25,440 nucleotides of DNA from an uncultured virus (IMG/VR IMGVR_UViG_3300005680_000003) (IMGVR_UViG_3300005680_000003:62001-87440); one strand, 5' to 3'; shown: positions 7,911-16,341, counted from the first letter of the stretch. The notes: generated from the sequence alone by a model not told the origin. Numbers and translations: made by a program.

Positions 7911-8683
7911 CGCGGACCATCACCTGCGGGTGTCCGAGCGAGTGCCCGTGCTGGGATGAGAACCCAAGACAGATCCTCGGTTGCCAGTGCAGCGGCGGGC
8001 AGCACGTACCGCCGACCGGGTGCAGGTACGAGGACACTGTCGACGGGTGGCGGCCGTCCTGGCCCGGTGTCACCGGCAGGGTGATGGTGTGCCTCACCCA
8101 CGGCGGCAGGGCCCCAGGCGAGGCCTATGAAGACACCTCGACCACCGCGGCGTGCATCGACGGGCACCTGCACGGGCGTCCCCGACGGACCCGCAAAGCC
8201 AAGCCGCCGGCAGTGGCCGCACGGACGGCTACGACACCACCCGTTCGCGTCGAGCACGACGATGCGGGCCGGCCGATCTACATAGCCGACCTGGGGCCGC
8301 TTCGGGTGACGGTGCACGAGTCGCTGGTCCACCCGGGCTGGAACGTCGAACTTGACGGCGACTGCCCGTCCGGACTGACGGTGCACGTGAACGACGTCGA
8401 GCTCCACGACCTGCGCGAGGCCAATGTCGCCGAGCCGTCTGGCCGGCACGTCACGGTCGGGCAGGTGTGGGCCGACAACGATCACCGGTCGGCGGGTCGC
8501 CGGGTCCTGGTGGTCGGGGTGGACGACACCCACGCGACCGTCGAACTCCTCGGGCAGCGGGGCCGGGCCGCCCGCGGCCACGACGCGGCGCAGGTCGCCG
8601 AGCCCGGTCGGCGGACCCGGATCCGCCTTGACCGGTTCTGGCCCACATCAACCGGTTACCGACTCGTGAGTGAGGGATCATGA
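7907..8683 (+). CDS. Hypothetical multi-domain protein (Cys-rich N-terminus, SH3-like C-terminus)
   Basis: GGAGG RBS, GTGA overlap; VTVGQVWADND...RRTRIRLDRF. Confidence 0.7.
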   Translation: MTRTITCGCPSECPCWDENPRQILGCQCSGGQHVPPTGCRYEDTVDGWRPSWPGVTGRVMVCLTHGGRAPGEAYEDTSTTAACIDGHLHGRPRRTRKAKPPAVAARTATTPPVRVEHDDAGRPIYIADLGPLRVTVHESLVHPGWNVELDGDCPSGLTVHVNDVELHDLREANVAEPSGRHVTVGQVWADNDHRSAGRRVLVVGVDDTHATVELLGQRGRAARGHDAAQVAEPGRRTRIRLDRFWPTSTGYRLVSEGS

Positions 8684-9234
8684 TGGATCTGACCTACGGC
8701 GCAGCCAGCATCCGAACCACCGCGGACGGCACGCAGCACGTCCGGTACCAGGAGTACACCCGGCGCGTCGAAGCGTCCGGGAAGTGCCGTTGCGGGAAGC
8801 GCCGCAAGCGGGCCGAGACGCTGACGGAGACGACGTCCCCGTTCAACAAGGACCCGGACACGGGTCTGCCAAAGACGGCTCCGCAGGTCCGGGAATCTCT
8901 CGCCGTGAAGGCGAAGGCGTGGGTGCCCGACTTCACCTGCAACAGCCACGACTGGGCGTCGCTGACGTTGCGAGTCGTCGGGACGGCGGCCCAGCCCGAG
9001 ACGGTCTACACGCTCGGCTACAGGACCAGCCTTCAGGGCGGCGCCATCCGGGACGGCGTCAGCAGGAGCGGCGGCAGCGACGACTTCCGCCTGGTCCTCC
9101 TCGACGGCGACGACCTCATCGCGATGACCGACGCCAACGGCGAGCCGTTCGACTGGACCCCCGAGGCGTACACCGAGGAGTGTGCGCGGGTCGCTGCCGC
9201 GTGCGGGCTCCGCTGGACCAGGGGGCAGGCGTGA
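8680..9234 (+). CDS. Hypothetical protein
   Basis: GAGGG RBS, ATGA overlap; GKCRCGKRRKR...SPFNK..G.PKT. Confidence 0.75.
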   Translation: MMDLTYGAASIRTTADGTQHVRYQEYTRRVEASGKCRCGKRRKRAETLTETTSPFNKDPDTGLPKTAPQVRESLAVKAKAWVPDFTCNSHDWASLTLRVVGTAAQPETVYTLGYRTSLQGGAIRDGVSRSGGSDDFRLVLLDGDDLIAMTDANGEPFDWTPEAYTEECARVAAACGLRWTRGQA

Positions 9235-9881
9235 CCGACCAGAGCCAGCACAACGAGACGGGCGTGACCGACCCGCTGGCGTACTACGTCGCGGAGGACC
9301 CCGACACCGGGGAGGACGTGGTGTGGCACGGCGACCCGGCCGACGAGACGGACCGGCCCCTGGCCCTGCTGCGCCGCAGCTCGATCCCGTGGTCGACCGA
9401 CGCGGAACGCGCCGCCGGTGACGCCTTGTGGGCTCGCACCGTCGCTCGCACCGTCGCTGTCCTGTCGACCCCCGGGGAGGTCCGTGTCGTCGGCCGGCAC
9501 ATGTCGTCCGGGGCCGGGCACTACGGGTCGCCGATCCTGCACGGCGATGACCCGACCTACGAGGCGATCGCGGGGTTGGGGACGGGGTCGGTGGTCCGGG
9601 TGACCGTCGAGATCGTCGAGGCCAGGCCGTTGGACTTGGTCAACCCGTTCGGGCACGTCGGGAAGCACGGCGGACTGCGGAGCACCCTGTGTGTGCCGTG
9701 CACCCTGTGCGTGCTGTGTATGGCCGAGCGGCCCGCAGGGTACGTCGGCCTCGCCTGCGGGCACGGCCGTCCCCACACGCGGTGGGTCGAGCAGGGCCGC
9801 CCGGCCCGCATGGTGTGCTGGGACGCGTGGGCGCCGTCTGGCTGCGGGACACAGGACGTGACCTGGACCGGCAAGGCATGA
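9231..9881 (+). CDS. Hypothetical protein with Cys-rich C-terminus (216 aa)
   Basis: GTG 9231 in GTGA overlap; MTDQSQHNETG...CVPCTLCVLC. Confidence 0.7.
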   Translation: MTDQSQHNETGVTDPLAYYVAEDPDTGEDVVWHGDPADETDRPLALLRRSSIPWSTDAERAAGDALWARTVARTVAVLSTPGEVRVVGRHMSSGAGHYGSPILHGDDPTYEAIAGLGTGSVVRVTVEIVEARPLDLVNPFGHVGKHGGLRSTLCVPCTLCVLCMAERPAGYVGLACGHGRPHTRWVEQGRPARMVCWDAWAPSGCGTQDVTWTGKA

Positions 9882-10267
9882 GCGTCGTTTCCTGGCCTGG
9901 GACACCGGCCAGGCGAAAGACTGCGTCGGTGCAGGACCCGAGGTCGAGGAAGAGGAGGTGTCTGGTGTGCAGGTGCGGGCGCCACCTACCCTGCCGGCAC
10001 TGCGGGCCCGACGACCAGCCCGACGGTGACCGGGCTGCCCTGGGCCCGGGCCCGGCAGTTCCTCGCCGCCTCGTTCGGTCTGGCCTGCAGAGCGAACTCG
10101 CTGCCGCTGCAGCTGCGATCGAGGGTGCCCCGTGGTGGCTGCTCCTGGAAGCGATCGCGTCGGTGGGGATGTCCAAGGCCGACGACGTGGGCACGTATAC
10201 GTTCGACGACGTGCCCGAGACGGACAACGACCAGGACGAGGAGGAGGCCCCGCGTGGCGTCGTTTGA
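9878..10267 (+). CDS. Hypothetical protein (129 aa)
   Basis: ATGA overlap at 9878; CLVCRCGRHLPCRHC, acidic tail. Confidence 0.6.
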   Translation: MSVVSWPGTPARRKTASVQDPRSRKRRCLVCRCGRHLPCRHCGPDDQPDGDRAALGPGPAVPRRLVRSGLQSELAAAAAAIEGAPWWLLLEAIASVGMSKADDVGTYTFDDVPETDNDQDEEEAPRGVV

Positions 10268-10586
10268 GTATCTCGTCGCCCGGCCGGGGGGCACCCCGCC
10301 CGGCGTGACCCACGATTGGGTGCCGGTGCGTCGGGGCGGCAGGATCTCGGCGCTGTCCCGGCCCCTGAACCCCGTCCCGGCCCCTGTGGACCTGGTGTAC
10401 GGGACGTGGCCGGACACGTGGGAGGTCGCGGTCCCCGAGGGGCAGCCCCAGCCGGCGGGGTGGTCCGTCGCGCCGTTCGGTGGTTGGGACGAGCAGGGCC
10501 AACCGTGCGTCGTCTACATGCACGTCCCGGCCGACCAGGTCAGGGCGTACATCGCGGAGGAGGGCCCGGTGAGTAGGTCGTGCTGA
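10254..10586 (+). CDS. Hypothetical protein (110 aa)
   Basis: GAGGAGG RBS before GTG 10254; MASFEYLVARP. Confidence 0.65.
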   Translation: MASFEYLVARPGGTPPGVTHDWVPVRRGGRISALSRPLNPVPAPVDLVYGTWPDTWEVAVPEGQPQPAGWSVAPFGGWDEQGQPCVVYMHVPADQVRAYIAEEGPVSRSC

Positions 10587-10653
10587 CGGTCGACGCACAC
10601 CCTGACGATGCCGGCCACCTGCTCACGTGGACGGTTCATGTGGGCGGCGAGCA

Positions 10654-10866
10654 TTGACCGGCCACGAGCCAGATGACTACCGGGTCGCTCGAAGTCGTGC
10701 CCGGCAGTTCCTCGCCGACCTGGCCGGGTTGCACGCCGGGGACCTCCTTGATTCCTCCATGCTGCAATCGGCACGACTACGCGCGTCGCGGGTCGCCACC
10801 ACCGACGAAGCCCGTGCCCAGATTGAACGCGCCTACCGGTTCCTCACCGACCCGCCGGCCAGTTAA
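10654..10866 (+). CDS. Hypothetical helical protein (70 aa)
   Basis: TTG 10654; its stop shares TTAA with the convergent terS-like gene. Confidence 0.5.
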   Translation: MTGHEPDDYRVARSRARQFLADLAGLHAGDLLDSSMLQSARLRASRVATTDEARAQIERAYRFLTDPPAS

Positions 10867-11528
10867 CCCCCCTGGACCAGGGACAGGAACCGGCCCCGAG
10901 CAACCTGCACCGCACGGACCCGCGCGTCCCCCGTCACCCCCGCCGCGTCCAACGCGGCAGCCACCAACGACCCCATCGTCTCCGCCTCAGCCTCAGCAGC
11001 CCGAGCGACCCGCTCCGCGACACCACCCGCGATCGCTGCCGCACACGCCCGGACCAGGTGCGCCCGTTCCTCCCGCCACCACTCCACCAGCGTCGACAGC
11101 TGCGACGACACCTCAGACGTCGTCTCCACCCCGTCGGGGGTTTCCTTCCGCCGGATGTACCTCGTGCCCCGCACGAGCTCAGCGGACCCACCCGGCAGAC
11201 GTTCGATTTCGGCCTGCAGCCACGCCACCAGCCCCGCCGTGCGGCGCACCTCCCCGAGCAGGATCTCCCCCGGGTCCCCCGTCGCCGGCAACCCCAGCTT
11301 GCGGACCTCGTCCACTGCCCTCGCCTCCAATCGTCGCCGTTCGGCCCTGCGGTCAGCTGCACCCCTCGCGGCGACCGTCGCTGACCCGTGCACCGGGCAG
11401 GTCTTCGCGCCGGTCCTCGGGATCCTCATGCACGGTTCGAGGGTCCCTTTGCGGTGGGCGCCGCACCGGGGGTGGACTTTCCCGCAGCGGTTGCACAGCG
11501 GCGGTTCGTCATTCGTGGGCGCGGTCAC
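10863..11528 (-). CDS. Probable terminase small subunit (HGGxSTG-like Zn domain plus helical domain)
   Basis: CGAHRKGTLEPC..P..GAKTCPVHGSAT, then DPGEILLGEV...LVEWWREERAHL...AIAGGVAER, typical of genes that precede TerL in actinophages; same strand as terL. Confidence 0.65.
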   Translation of the reverse strand: MTAPTNDEPPLCNRCGKVHPRCGAHRKGTLEPCMRIPRTGAKTCPVHGSATVAARGAADRRAERRRLEARAVDEVRKLGLPATGDPGEILLGEVRRTAGLVAWLQAEIERLPGGSAELVRGTRYIRRKETPDGVETTSEVSSQLSTLVEWWREERAHLVRACAAAIAGGVAERVARAAEAEAETMGSLVAAALDAAGVTGDARVRAVQVARGRFLSLVQGG

Positions 11529-11567
11529 GGGGTGGCGGTATTCATGAGGGGATGCGGGGAGTTTCCC

Positions 11568-12017
11568 TCATGGGCCGTCGACCAGCCAGGCTGGGAGTTG
11601 GACCATCGGGACGGTCTGCCCCGCGAGGTGGTGCGCGGAGTCGCCGAGGAACTCCCAGCGGCCGGCGCGGAGGAACGAGTGGCAGTCGCCCCATGCGGGG
11701 TTAGCGGTGTGGGGGCCGGCGACGGCCAGGGTGCCGTCGTAGAGGCGACGGTGCCCGACGTGGCCGCAGTCGATACCCGGGCACGGCGCGAGGTGTTCGT
11801 CCGGGCAGAGGTGCACTGATCGGTGGCAGAGCAGGGACGGGGAGAACGTCGGTGTTTCTTGGTTGCCGTCCCAGTCCCAGGTCGGCTGCCCCGTGGCCGA
11901 CCTGATCCTGAACGGGTGTGTCTGCTCGCAGCCCGGGCACCACGTGAAGCACGACGTGTCCGTCTCGGTGAGGGTGGCGTCGACGAAGCTGATGACCTTG
12001 AGTACGGCGGTCGTCAT
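11568..12017 (-). CDS. DUF6527-like Cys/His metal-binding protein
   Basis: ATG 12017; WCPGCEQTH, WDWDGNQETPTFSPSL, CHSFLRAGRWEFLGDSAHHLAGQTV. Confidence 0.75.
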   Translation of the reverse strand: MTTAVLKVISFVDATLTETDTSCFTWCPGCEQTHPFRIRSATGQPTWDWDGNQETPTFSPSLLCHRSVHLCPDEHLAPCPGIDCGHVGHRRLYDGTLAVAGPHTANPAWGDCHSFLRAGRWEFLGDSAHHLAGQTVPMVQLPAWLVDGP

Positions 12018-12397
12018 GGGTTGGTCCACCGGTCCAGGATGGCTTGCCCGGCTGTGGTCGGGGTGGCGCCTCGCGGGGTGGTGCGGATCAGGCCGAGGTG
12101 TTCGAGGCGGGTGATGACGTTGGGGTGGCCTGGTTGGCCGGCGGCGACCAACTGCAGGTCCCGCCACTGTTGGGTTGTGAGGCCGGGTGGGGTGAGTCTG
12201 GGTCTGCCCATGCTGGTCGAGCGTTGCGTCTGCCAGGTCAGCAGGGCGGTGCGGGAGACGCGGCCGTGCTCGTCTCGGTCGGGGTAGGGGTGTTTGTGTC
12301 CGGGCCCGAACCGCCATCGGTACGCGCGGAGGGTGTCGAGGGTGACGCCGAGCAGGTGTGCCTGCTGGGCGGTGTCGAGTTGCAGGTCGGGAGGCAT
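12014..12397 (-). CDS. DNA-binding protein: AlpA/excisionase-like wHTH plus second wHTH
   Basis: ATG 12397 with GAAGGG RBS; LDTAQQAHLLGVTLDTLRAYRWRFGPGHKHPYPD, GRPR, ITRLEHLGLI...TTAGQAIL. Confidence 0.75.
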   Translation of the reverse strand: MPPDLQLDTAQQAHLLGVTLDTLRAYRWRFGPGHKHPYPDRDEHGRVSRTALLTWQTQRSTSMGRPRLTPPGLTTQQWRDLQLVAAGQPGHPNVITRLEHLGLIRTTPRGATPTTAGQAILDRWTNP

Positions 12398-12444
12398 CGG
12401 TGGGGGTCGATTCCCTTCGTTCGGCCGGGGTGGTGTGGACGATT

Positions 12445-12687
12445 TTAGGTGGCGTCTCGGGTGCTGGCGGCGGCGTTCTCGGCCTTGCGGCGGGCGACGT
12501 GCTCGGCCCAGGTGCGGTTGACGGGGGTGACGCGGACGGTCATCCCGACGAACTGCGGCATGACCTGCCCGACGTGCTGGACGCACACCGCCCAGGACTT
12601 CCCGAAGGGGACCGGCTGCCCCTGGTCGGAGTACTCGCGCAGGTACACGTCCGCGCCCTTACCGCAGTGGCAGGAGTAGGTGGCCAT
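12445..12687 (-). CDS. Hypothetical protein (80 aa)
   Basis: Start overlaps the upstream stop; MATYSCHCGKGADVYL...VCVQH. Confidence 0.65.
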   Translation of the reverse strand: MATYSCHCGKGADVYLREYSDQGQPVPFGKSWAVCVQHVGQVMPQFVGMTVRVTPVNRTWAEHVARRKAENAAASTRDAT

Positions 12688-13274
12688 CACGCACCCGCCG
12701 ACGGCTTCGGTGCGAGCTGCGCCTCGGCCCAGCGACGGGTGTCTGCGACCTGCAGCACGACGTCCCCTCCCCTGCTGACCTGCCCGATCCCGTCGACCTT
12801 GCACAACGGTTCGAGGTTGTAGGAGTAGAGACAGCCGGCGGCCCGCTGGAGTGGGTCACTGTGGGGGTGGTCGCCTGCGAGGGGCTGCCCGTCGAAGGCC
12901 TCCAGCCAGTAGCTGTCCTCGCCCTGGTCGGCGTACTGCAGCTCGATCGTGGAGGCCCCGAGACGCTCGGCGGCGGCGACCAGAACGAGCAGACTGACAG
13001 CGGTGGCAACGTGCTCGGCCGCACGGACTACGTTCCAGGCGACCTCGGCGAGGGCGGCGAGCCTGGGCAGGTCCGTGGCCTCGAGGGTGGGTGGCGCGAC
13101 GACGCGCAGGTGGTCGGCCAGCAGGGGTCGCGTGATGCCGTTGCCGCCGACTACGCCGCAGGTGCAGAACGGTGGGTCTCCCGCGCCGGGCGGCACGATC
13201 GCACGGTGCTCGAACATGGGCTGTAGCTCCCATCGGTGGATCGGGGTTACGGGGGGTTGGTCAGCCGCGCTCAC
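12687..13274 (-). CDS. Hypothetical protein (195 aa)
   Basis: GTG 13274 in GTGA overlap; H...CTCG...H motif. Confidence 0.7.
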   Translation of the reverse strand: MSAADQPPVTPIHRWELQPMFEHRAIVPPGAGDPPFCTCGVVGGNGITRPLLADHLRVVAPPTLEATDLPRLAALAEVAWNVVRAAEHVATAVSLLVLVAAAERLGASTIELQYADQGEDSYWLEAFDGQPLAGDHPHSDPLQRAAGCLYSYNLEPLCKVDGIGQVSRGGDVVLQVADTRRWAEAQLAPKPSAGA

Positions 13275-13453
13275 GGCGCGTTCATGGTGACGACCTTGAC
13301 GCACCAGCCGCCGTGCTCGGTGCGGTAGGTGGCGATCGCGTGGACTGCGTCGCCGTGGCGGACCAGGTCCGCTGCGACCGCTTCGGCAACCGCCTGGCGC
13401 TGCCCAACGGGCACCTCGGTCCTGTCGACCGGCCGGTAGGTGGTGGTGGTCAC
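13271..13453 (-). CDS. Small hypothetical protein (60 aa)
   Basis: GTGA overlaps on both sides. Confidence 0.7.
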   Translation of the reverse strand: MTTTTYRPVDRTEVPVGQRQAVAEAVAADLVRHGDAVHAIATYRTEHGGWCVKVVTMNAP

Positions 13454-13569
13454 GACGCGGCCTGGGCGGCGAGGTAGTCCTCGAGGCGAACCATGGTGCC
13501 CTGGGCGATGGCGGCCTCGATACCTGCGATGAGGTCGGCGTCGGTGGCGGGGGTGGTGGTGTTCGTCAT
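13450..13569 (-). CDS. Small leaderless protein (39 aa)
   Basis: MTNTTTPATDADLIAGIEAAIAQGTMVRLEDYLAAQAAS; not in ORF track; ATG 6 nt after -10; GTGA overlap with next gene. Confidence 0.7.
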   Translation of the reverse strand: MTNTTTPATDADLIAGIEAAIAQGTMVRLEDYLAAQAAS

Positions 13570-13575
13570 GAGTAG

Positions 13576-13620
13576 ATCCTCACCCACTTACTTGTCTTAA
13601 GTCAAGTTCCTCGGTACGGT
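13576..13620. promoter_or_regulatory. Overlapping divergent promoters with central palindrome
   Basis: Minus TTGACT-N18-GAGGAT; plus TTGTCT-N17-TACGGT; palindrome ACTTGTCTTAAGTCAAGT 13590-13607 (one mismatched pair). Confidence 0.7.
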
Positions 13621-13653
13621 TGCACTTGTGACCAGCCAAGGAGGTGAGGCATA

Positions 13654-13860
13654 GTGGACAAAGACCTTCGGAAGATCCTCGAAGCGATCGAGGCCGCCGG
13701 CTACGCGGTCGTGATCAGCAAGAAGGGACACCCGCAGGTCTACACCCGCGACGGCGAGTGGATCACAACGTTCTCCGGGACCGCCAGCGACTGGCGATCC
13801 AACCTGAACGCCCTGCGACCTCTCAAGCGCCGCGGGTTCCGGTGGCCGCCCGGGCGGTGA
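13654..13860 (+). CDS. hicA: HicA-like toxin (mRNA interferase)
   Basis: 68 aa, basic; KDLRKILEAIEAAGYAVVISKKGHPQV...TASDWRSNLNALRPLKRRGF with catalytic GH; strong AAGGAGGTGA RBS. Confidence 0.7.
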   Translation: MDKDLRKILEAIEAAGYAVVISKKGHPQVYTRDGEWITTFSGTASDWRSNLNALRPLKRRGFRWPPGR

Positions 13861-13868
13861 CCGACCAG

Positions 13869-13903
13869 CCCGGCCCGGGACACCCACACTGCCCCGGGCC
13901 GGG
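13869..13903 (+). other. GC-rich hairpin between toxin and antitoxin
   Basis: CCCGGCCCGGG / CCCGGGCCGGG 11-bp perfect stem, no U-tract. Confidence 0.5.
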
Positions 13904-13944
13904 CCCCCACCAGACAAGCGATTCGATCACACGAGGAGCCCCAC

Positions 13945-14418
13945 ATGGCGGCCCGAAGGGCAACCACCACCACCGAGTACACCGTCCTCGCCGAGTTCGA
14001 CCGCCGCGCCCAGCCCGACGACGGCGACCGCCTCGTCGAGGCCCTCGCCGCAGTGCACGCCTCCGCGCACCCCTCCCCCCGCGGACGGCTCACCGCGGAG
14101 TTCACCGTGCCAGCGGTCGACCTCGCGCAGGCCGTCGTGATCGGGCACGCCGCCGCGGCGGTCGCCGGGCACCCGATCGTCTCGATCCAGGTCATGACCA
14201 CCGCTGAGGCCGAGCGTCGCGCCGGCACCCCCGGGGACATCCCTGCCCTGGTCGACGTCGCCGGGGCCGCGGCGATCCTCGGCTGCTCCACGCAGTACAT
14301 CCGAGAGTTGCTCGGGTCTGGGGCCCTGCCTCACGTGAAGGTCGGCGACAGGACCACGGTCATCCCGCAGGCAGCAGTCGAGGCCCGTCGCGACGGGAAG
14401 GTGGCGACTGCGTCGTGA
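13945..14418 (+). CDS. Putative HicB-like antitoxin with C-terminal excisionase-type HTH
   Basis: Follows the HicA-like gene; C-terminus LVDVAGAAAILGCSTQYIRELLGSGALPHVKVG; GAGGAG RBS. Confidence 0.7.
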   Translation: MAARRATTTTEYTVLAEFDRRAQPDDGDRLVEALAAVHASAHPSPRGRLTAEFTVPAVDLAQAVVIGHAAAAVAGHPIVSIQVMTTAEAERRAGTPGDIPALVDVAGAAAILGCSTQYIRELLGSGALPHVKVGDRTTVIPQAAVEARRDGKVATAS

Positions 14419-14777
14419 TCTCCTCCTCGCGGGACCTGCACCCCTCGCAGGTGTCCGCGCAGGCGACGGTGCTGGTCCTTGCCGGCGCGCGCCCGCAGGC
14501 CGCCCTCGACGTCCCTGACGGGCAGTGGGAGCTCGAGGGTCGGGTGCTGCGGGTCGGGTACCGACCGCACAGCGAGTGGGTGCGCCGGACCCTGTCGCGG
14601 GTGCTCGATGAGAACCTCGGGGAGATCGCAGCGTGGGCGGGCGTGGAACCGACGTGGCGGGAACGAGTCACCGGTGAGGCACTGCTCGCACGACTCAGTC
14701 AGCAGGCTGGGATCCAGGACAGGTCGCCGGTGCGGATCACCGCCCCGCCGTCCCGTGGACGGGCTGCTCTCAGGTGA
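14415..14777 (+). CDS. Hypothetical protein coupled to TA operon
   Basis: GTGA overlap with antitoxin stop. Confidence 0.6.
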   Translation: MISSSRDLHPSQVSAQATVLVLAGARPQAALDVPDGQWELEGRVLRVGYRPHSEWVRRTLSRVLDENLGEIAAWAGVEPTWRERVTGEALLARLSQQAGIQDRSPVRITAPPSRGRAALR

Positions 14778-15183
14778 CGGGGTTCCCGCGGCTGGCCCGC
14801 ACGGTCGTGATCTTCTCGATGGCCTGGACTGCTTCCGGGGACGGGGCTGGGACGTCCCGGCAGCCGTGCCGGGCAGCTGCAGCACCGCTCGGCCACAGCG
14901 GCACTGTCGTCGAGTAGTCGACGCAGGCAGCGTCGAGGTGACCGCTTGCGAGGCCGAGCCGGACGGCGAGCAGGTCACTCGGGTCGCGGTGCCCGAGCCA
15001 GCCCGAGCAGACCTGATCGTCGCCCTGGTGGCACATGAACACGTTTAGGGGCTGGGCCCAGGTGTCGGCGTCGTACCCGACGAGCTTGGCGTACTCGTCG
15101 GGGTGCCAGATCCCTGACGGCACGTCGACCCGGTACGGGCACGACGCGCACGGCCGGGGCCGCGGCTTCAGTGGGTCGGTCAC
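14770..15183 (-). CDS. DUF6283-like Cys-rich protein
   Basis: GTG 15183 with GAGGA RBS; PCASCPYRVDVPSGIW...FMCHQ...CSGWL. Confidence 0.75.
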   Translation of the reverse strand: MTDPLKPRPRPCASCPYRVDVPSGIWHPDEYAKLVGYDADTWAQPLNVFMCHQGDDQVCSGWLGHRDPSDLLAVRLGLASGHLDAACVDYSTTVPLWPSGAAAARHGCRDVPAPSPEAVQAIEKITTVRASRGNPVT

Positions 15184-15201
15184 GTAGCGGTTCCTCTCCG
15201 C

Positions 15202-15224
15202 CCCCCACCCCGTGGGGTGGGGGG
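15202..15224. other. Intergenic hairpin
   Basis: CCCCCACCCC-GT-GGGGTGGGGG between two minus-strand genes. Confidence 0.5.
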
Positions 15225-15233
15225 GTAGTGGGG

Positions 15234-15863
15234 TCAGGCCTTGTGCTTGCGGGCCCGGCCGGTCGAGGTGACGGACACCGGCTGGCGGCAGGTGCGGCAG
15301 GTGCCGCTGCGCCCGAAGTGGCGGCGGGTGTCGTTGTCGACGCCTGCGCCGGACCCTGGGCACACGGTGTCGTCGACCGGCTTGTCGTGCAGGGTGACCG
15401 GGGCGTGGGGGAAGCAGACCGAGCACAGCATGACCGAGCGGCCGGTGCCCTGCGCCTCGAGGTCGGCGATGACCTCGGCCTCGGTCTTGCCGGACCACTC
15501 GGGCAGCCACCCGAAGCGGGTTGCGCGGCCACCGCGGTTGCAGGTCTGGCAACGCATCGATGAGTGGACGTGGCCGTCCTGGACGAGGAAGAACCGGGTC
15601 CAGCGGCGGTCGTTGTACTCGTTCTCGTAGGGCAGGGTCTCGGCGAAGATCGCGGCCTCCTGCGCGGCCAGGTCGTTGAGCTGGGCCTCGTACCGGGCGA
15701 TCTGTGCCTCGGCGTGCGCGGTGTCGTACCGGCTGCCTGCGTGGTCCTTGACGCTGGTGAGCCACCCGGTGACCTTCGCGGCCCGGTCCTGCACCTGGTA
15801 TGCGCGGGTGTAGATCGCTGCGAGGGCGGCGTCGATGGCTGCGGGGGTCTGCGTCGTTGTCAT
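15234..15863 (-). CDS. Actinophage-type hypothetical protein (coiled coil plus Zn-binding)
   Basis: Leaderless ATG; WTRFFLVQDGHVHSSMRCQTC...FGWLPEWSG...CSVCFP. Confidence 0.8.
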   Translation of the reverse strand: MTTTQTPAAIDAALAAIYTRAYQVQDRAAKVTGWLTSVKDHAGSRYDTAHAEAQIARYEAQLNDLAAQEAAIFAETLPYENEYNDRRWTRFFLVQDGHVHSSMRCQTCNRGGRATRFGWLPEWSGKTEAEVIADLEAQGTGRSVMLCSVCFPHAPVTLHDKPVDDTVCPGSGAGVDNDTRRHFGRSGTCRTCRQPVSVTSTGRARKHKA

Positions 15864-15869
15864 GGGTCG

Positions 15870-15933
15870 ATCGTAGTGCAGCGCATTGCGCTAAGACAAG
15901 TGCTTGTCATAGTTCATTTGCTTGCACTAGGGT
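15870..15933. promoter_or_regulatory. Back-to-back mirror-image leaderless promoters
   Basis: Minus TTGTCT-N18-TACGAT-N6-ATG(15863); plus TTGTCA-N18-TAGGGT-N7-ATG(15941). Confidence 0.75.
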
Positions 15934-15940
15934 CACTCGC

Positions 15941-16159
15941 ATGGCCTACACCGCGACCACGCAGCACACCAGGGTGAACGTCAACACGATCATCAGCGCC
16001 TGGCTCACTCACCAGGGCATCCCGTTCACTCCCAGCCCGAACGGGCCCGGGTTCGTCATCGACGGCGAGGACCTGTCCCCCGGGCAGGCCGCGGACCGGT
16101 ACGTCCCCGGCGGCTGGGACGCCGCCTGGAACGACCGTGTGATGCCCCCCACCCCCTGA
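15941..16159 (+). CDS. Small leaderless protein (72 aa)
   Basis: MAYTATTQHTRVNVNTIISAWLTHQGIPF...; ATG at predicted transcription start. Confidence 0.7.
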   Translation: MAYTATTQHTRVNVNTIISAWLTHQGIPFTPSPNGPGFVIDGEDLSPGQAADRYVPGGWDAAWNDRVMPPTP

Positions 16160-16341
16160 CCTGCCCGTGACCAGAGGAGAAGACCCCATGGACGACTTGA
16201 CCGACCTTGACTCCGGCACCCCGGCTGAGGCCCTGCCCACCGCGGCGACCTGACGTCGAGTCGTACCCCCCGTCAGGGTGCCCCCACCCGTCGCCCTGGA
16301 ACGTCGCCCGGTCGGGCGCGATCCCAGCATGGCGCATCCGC

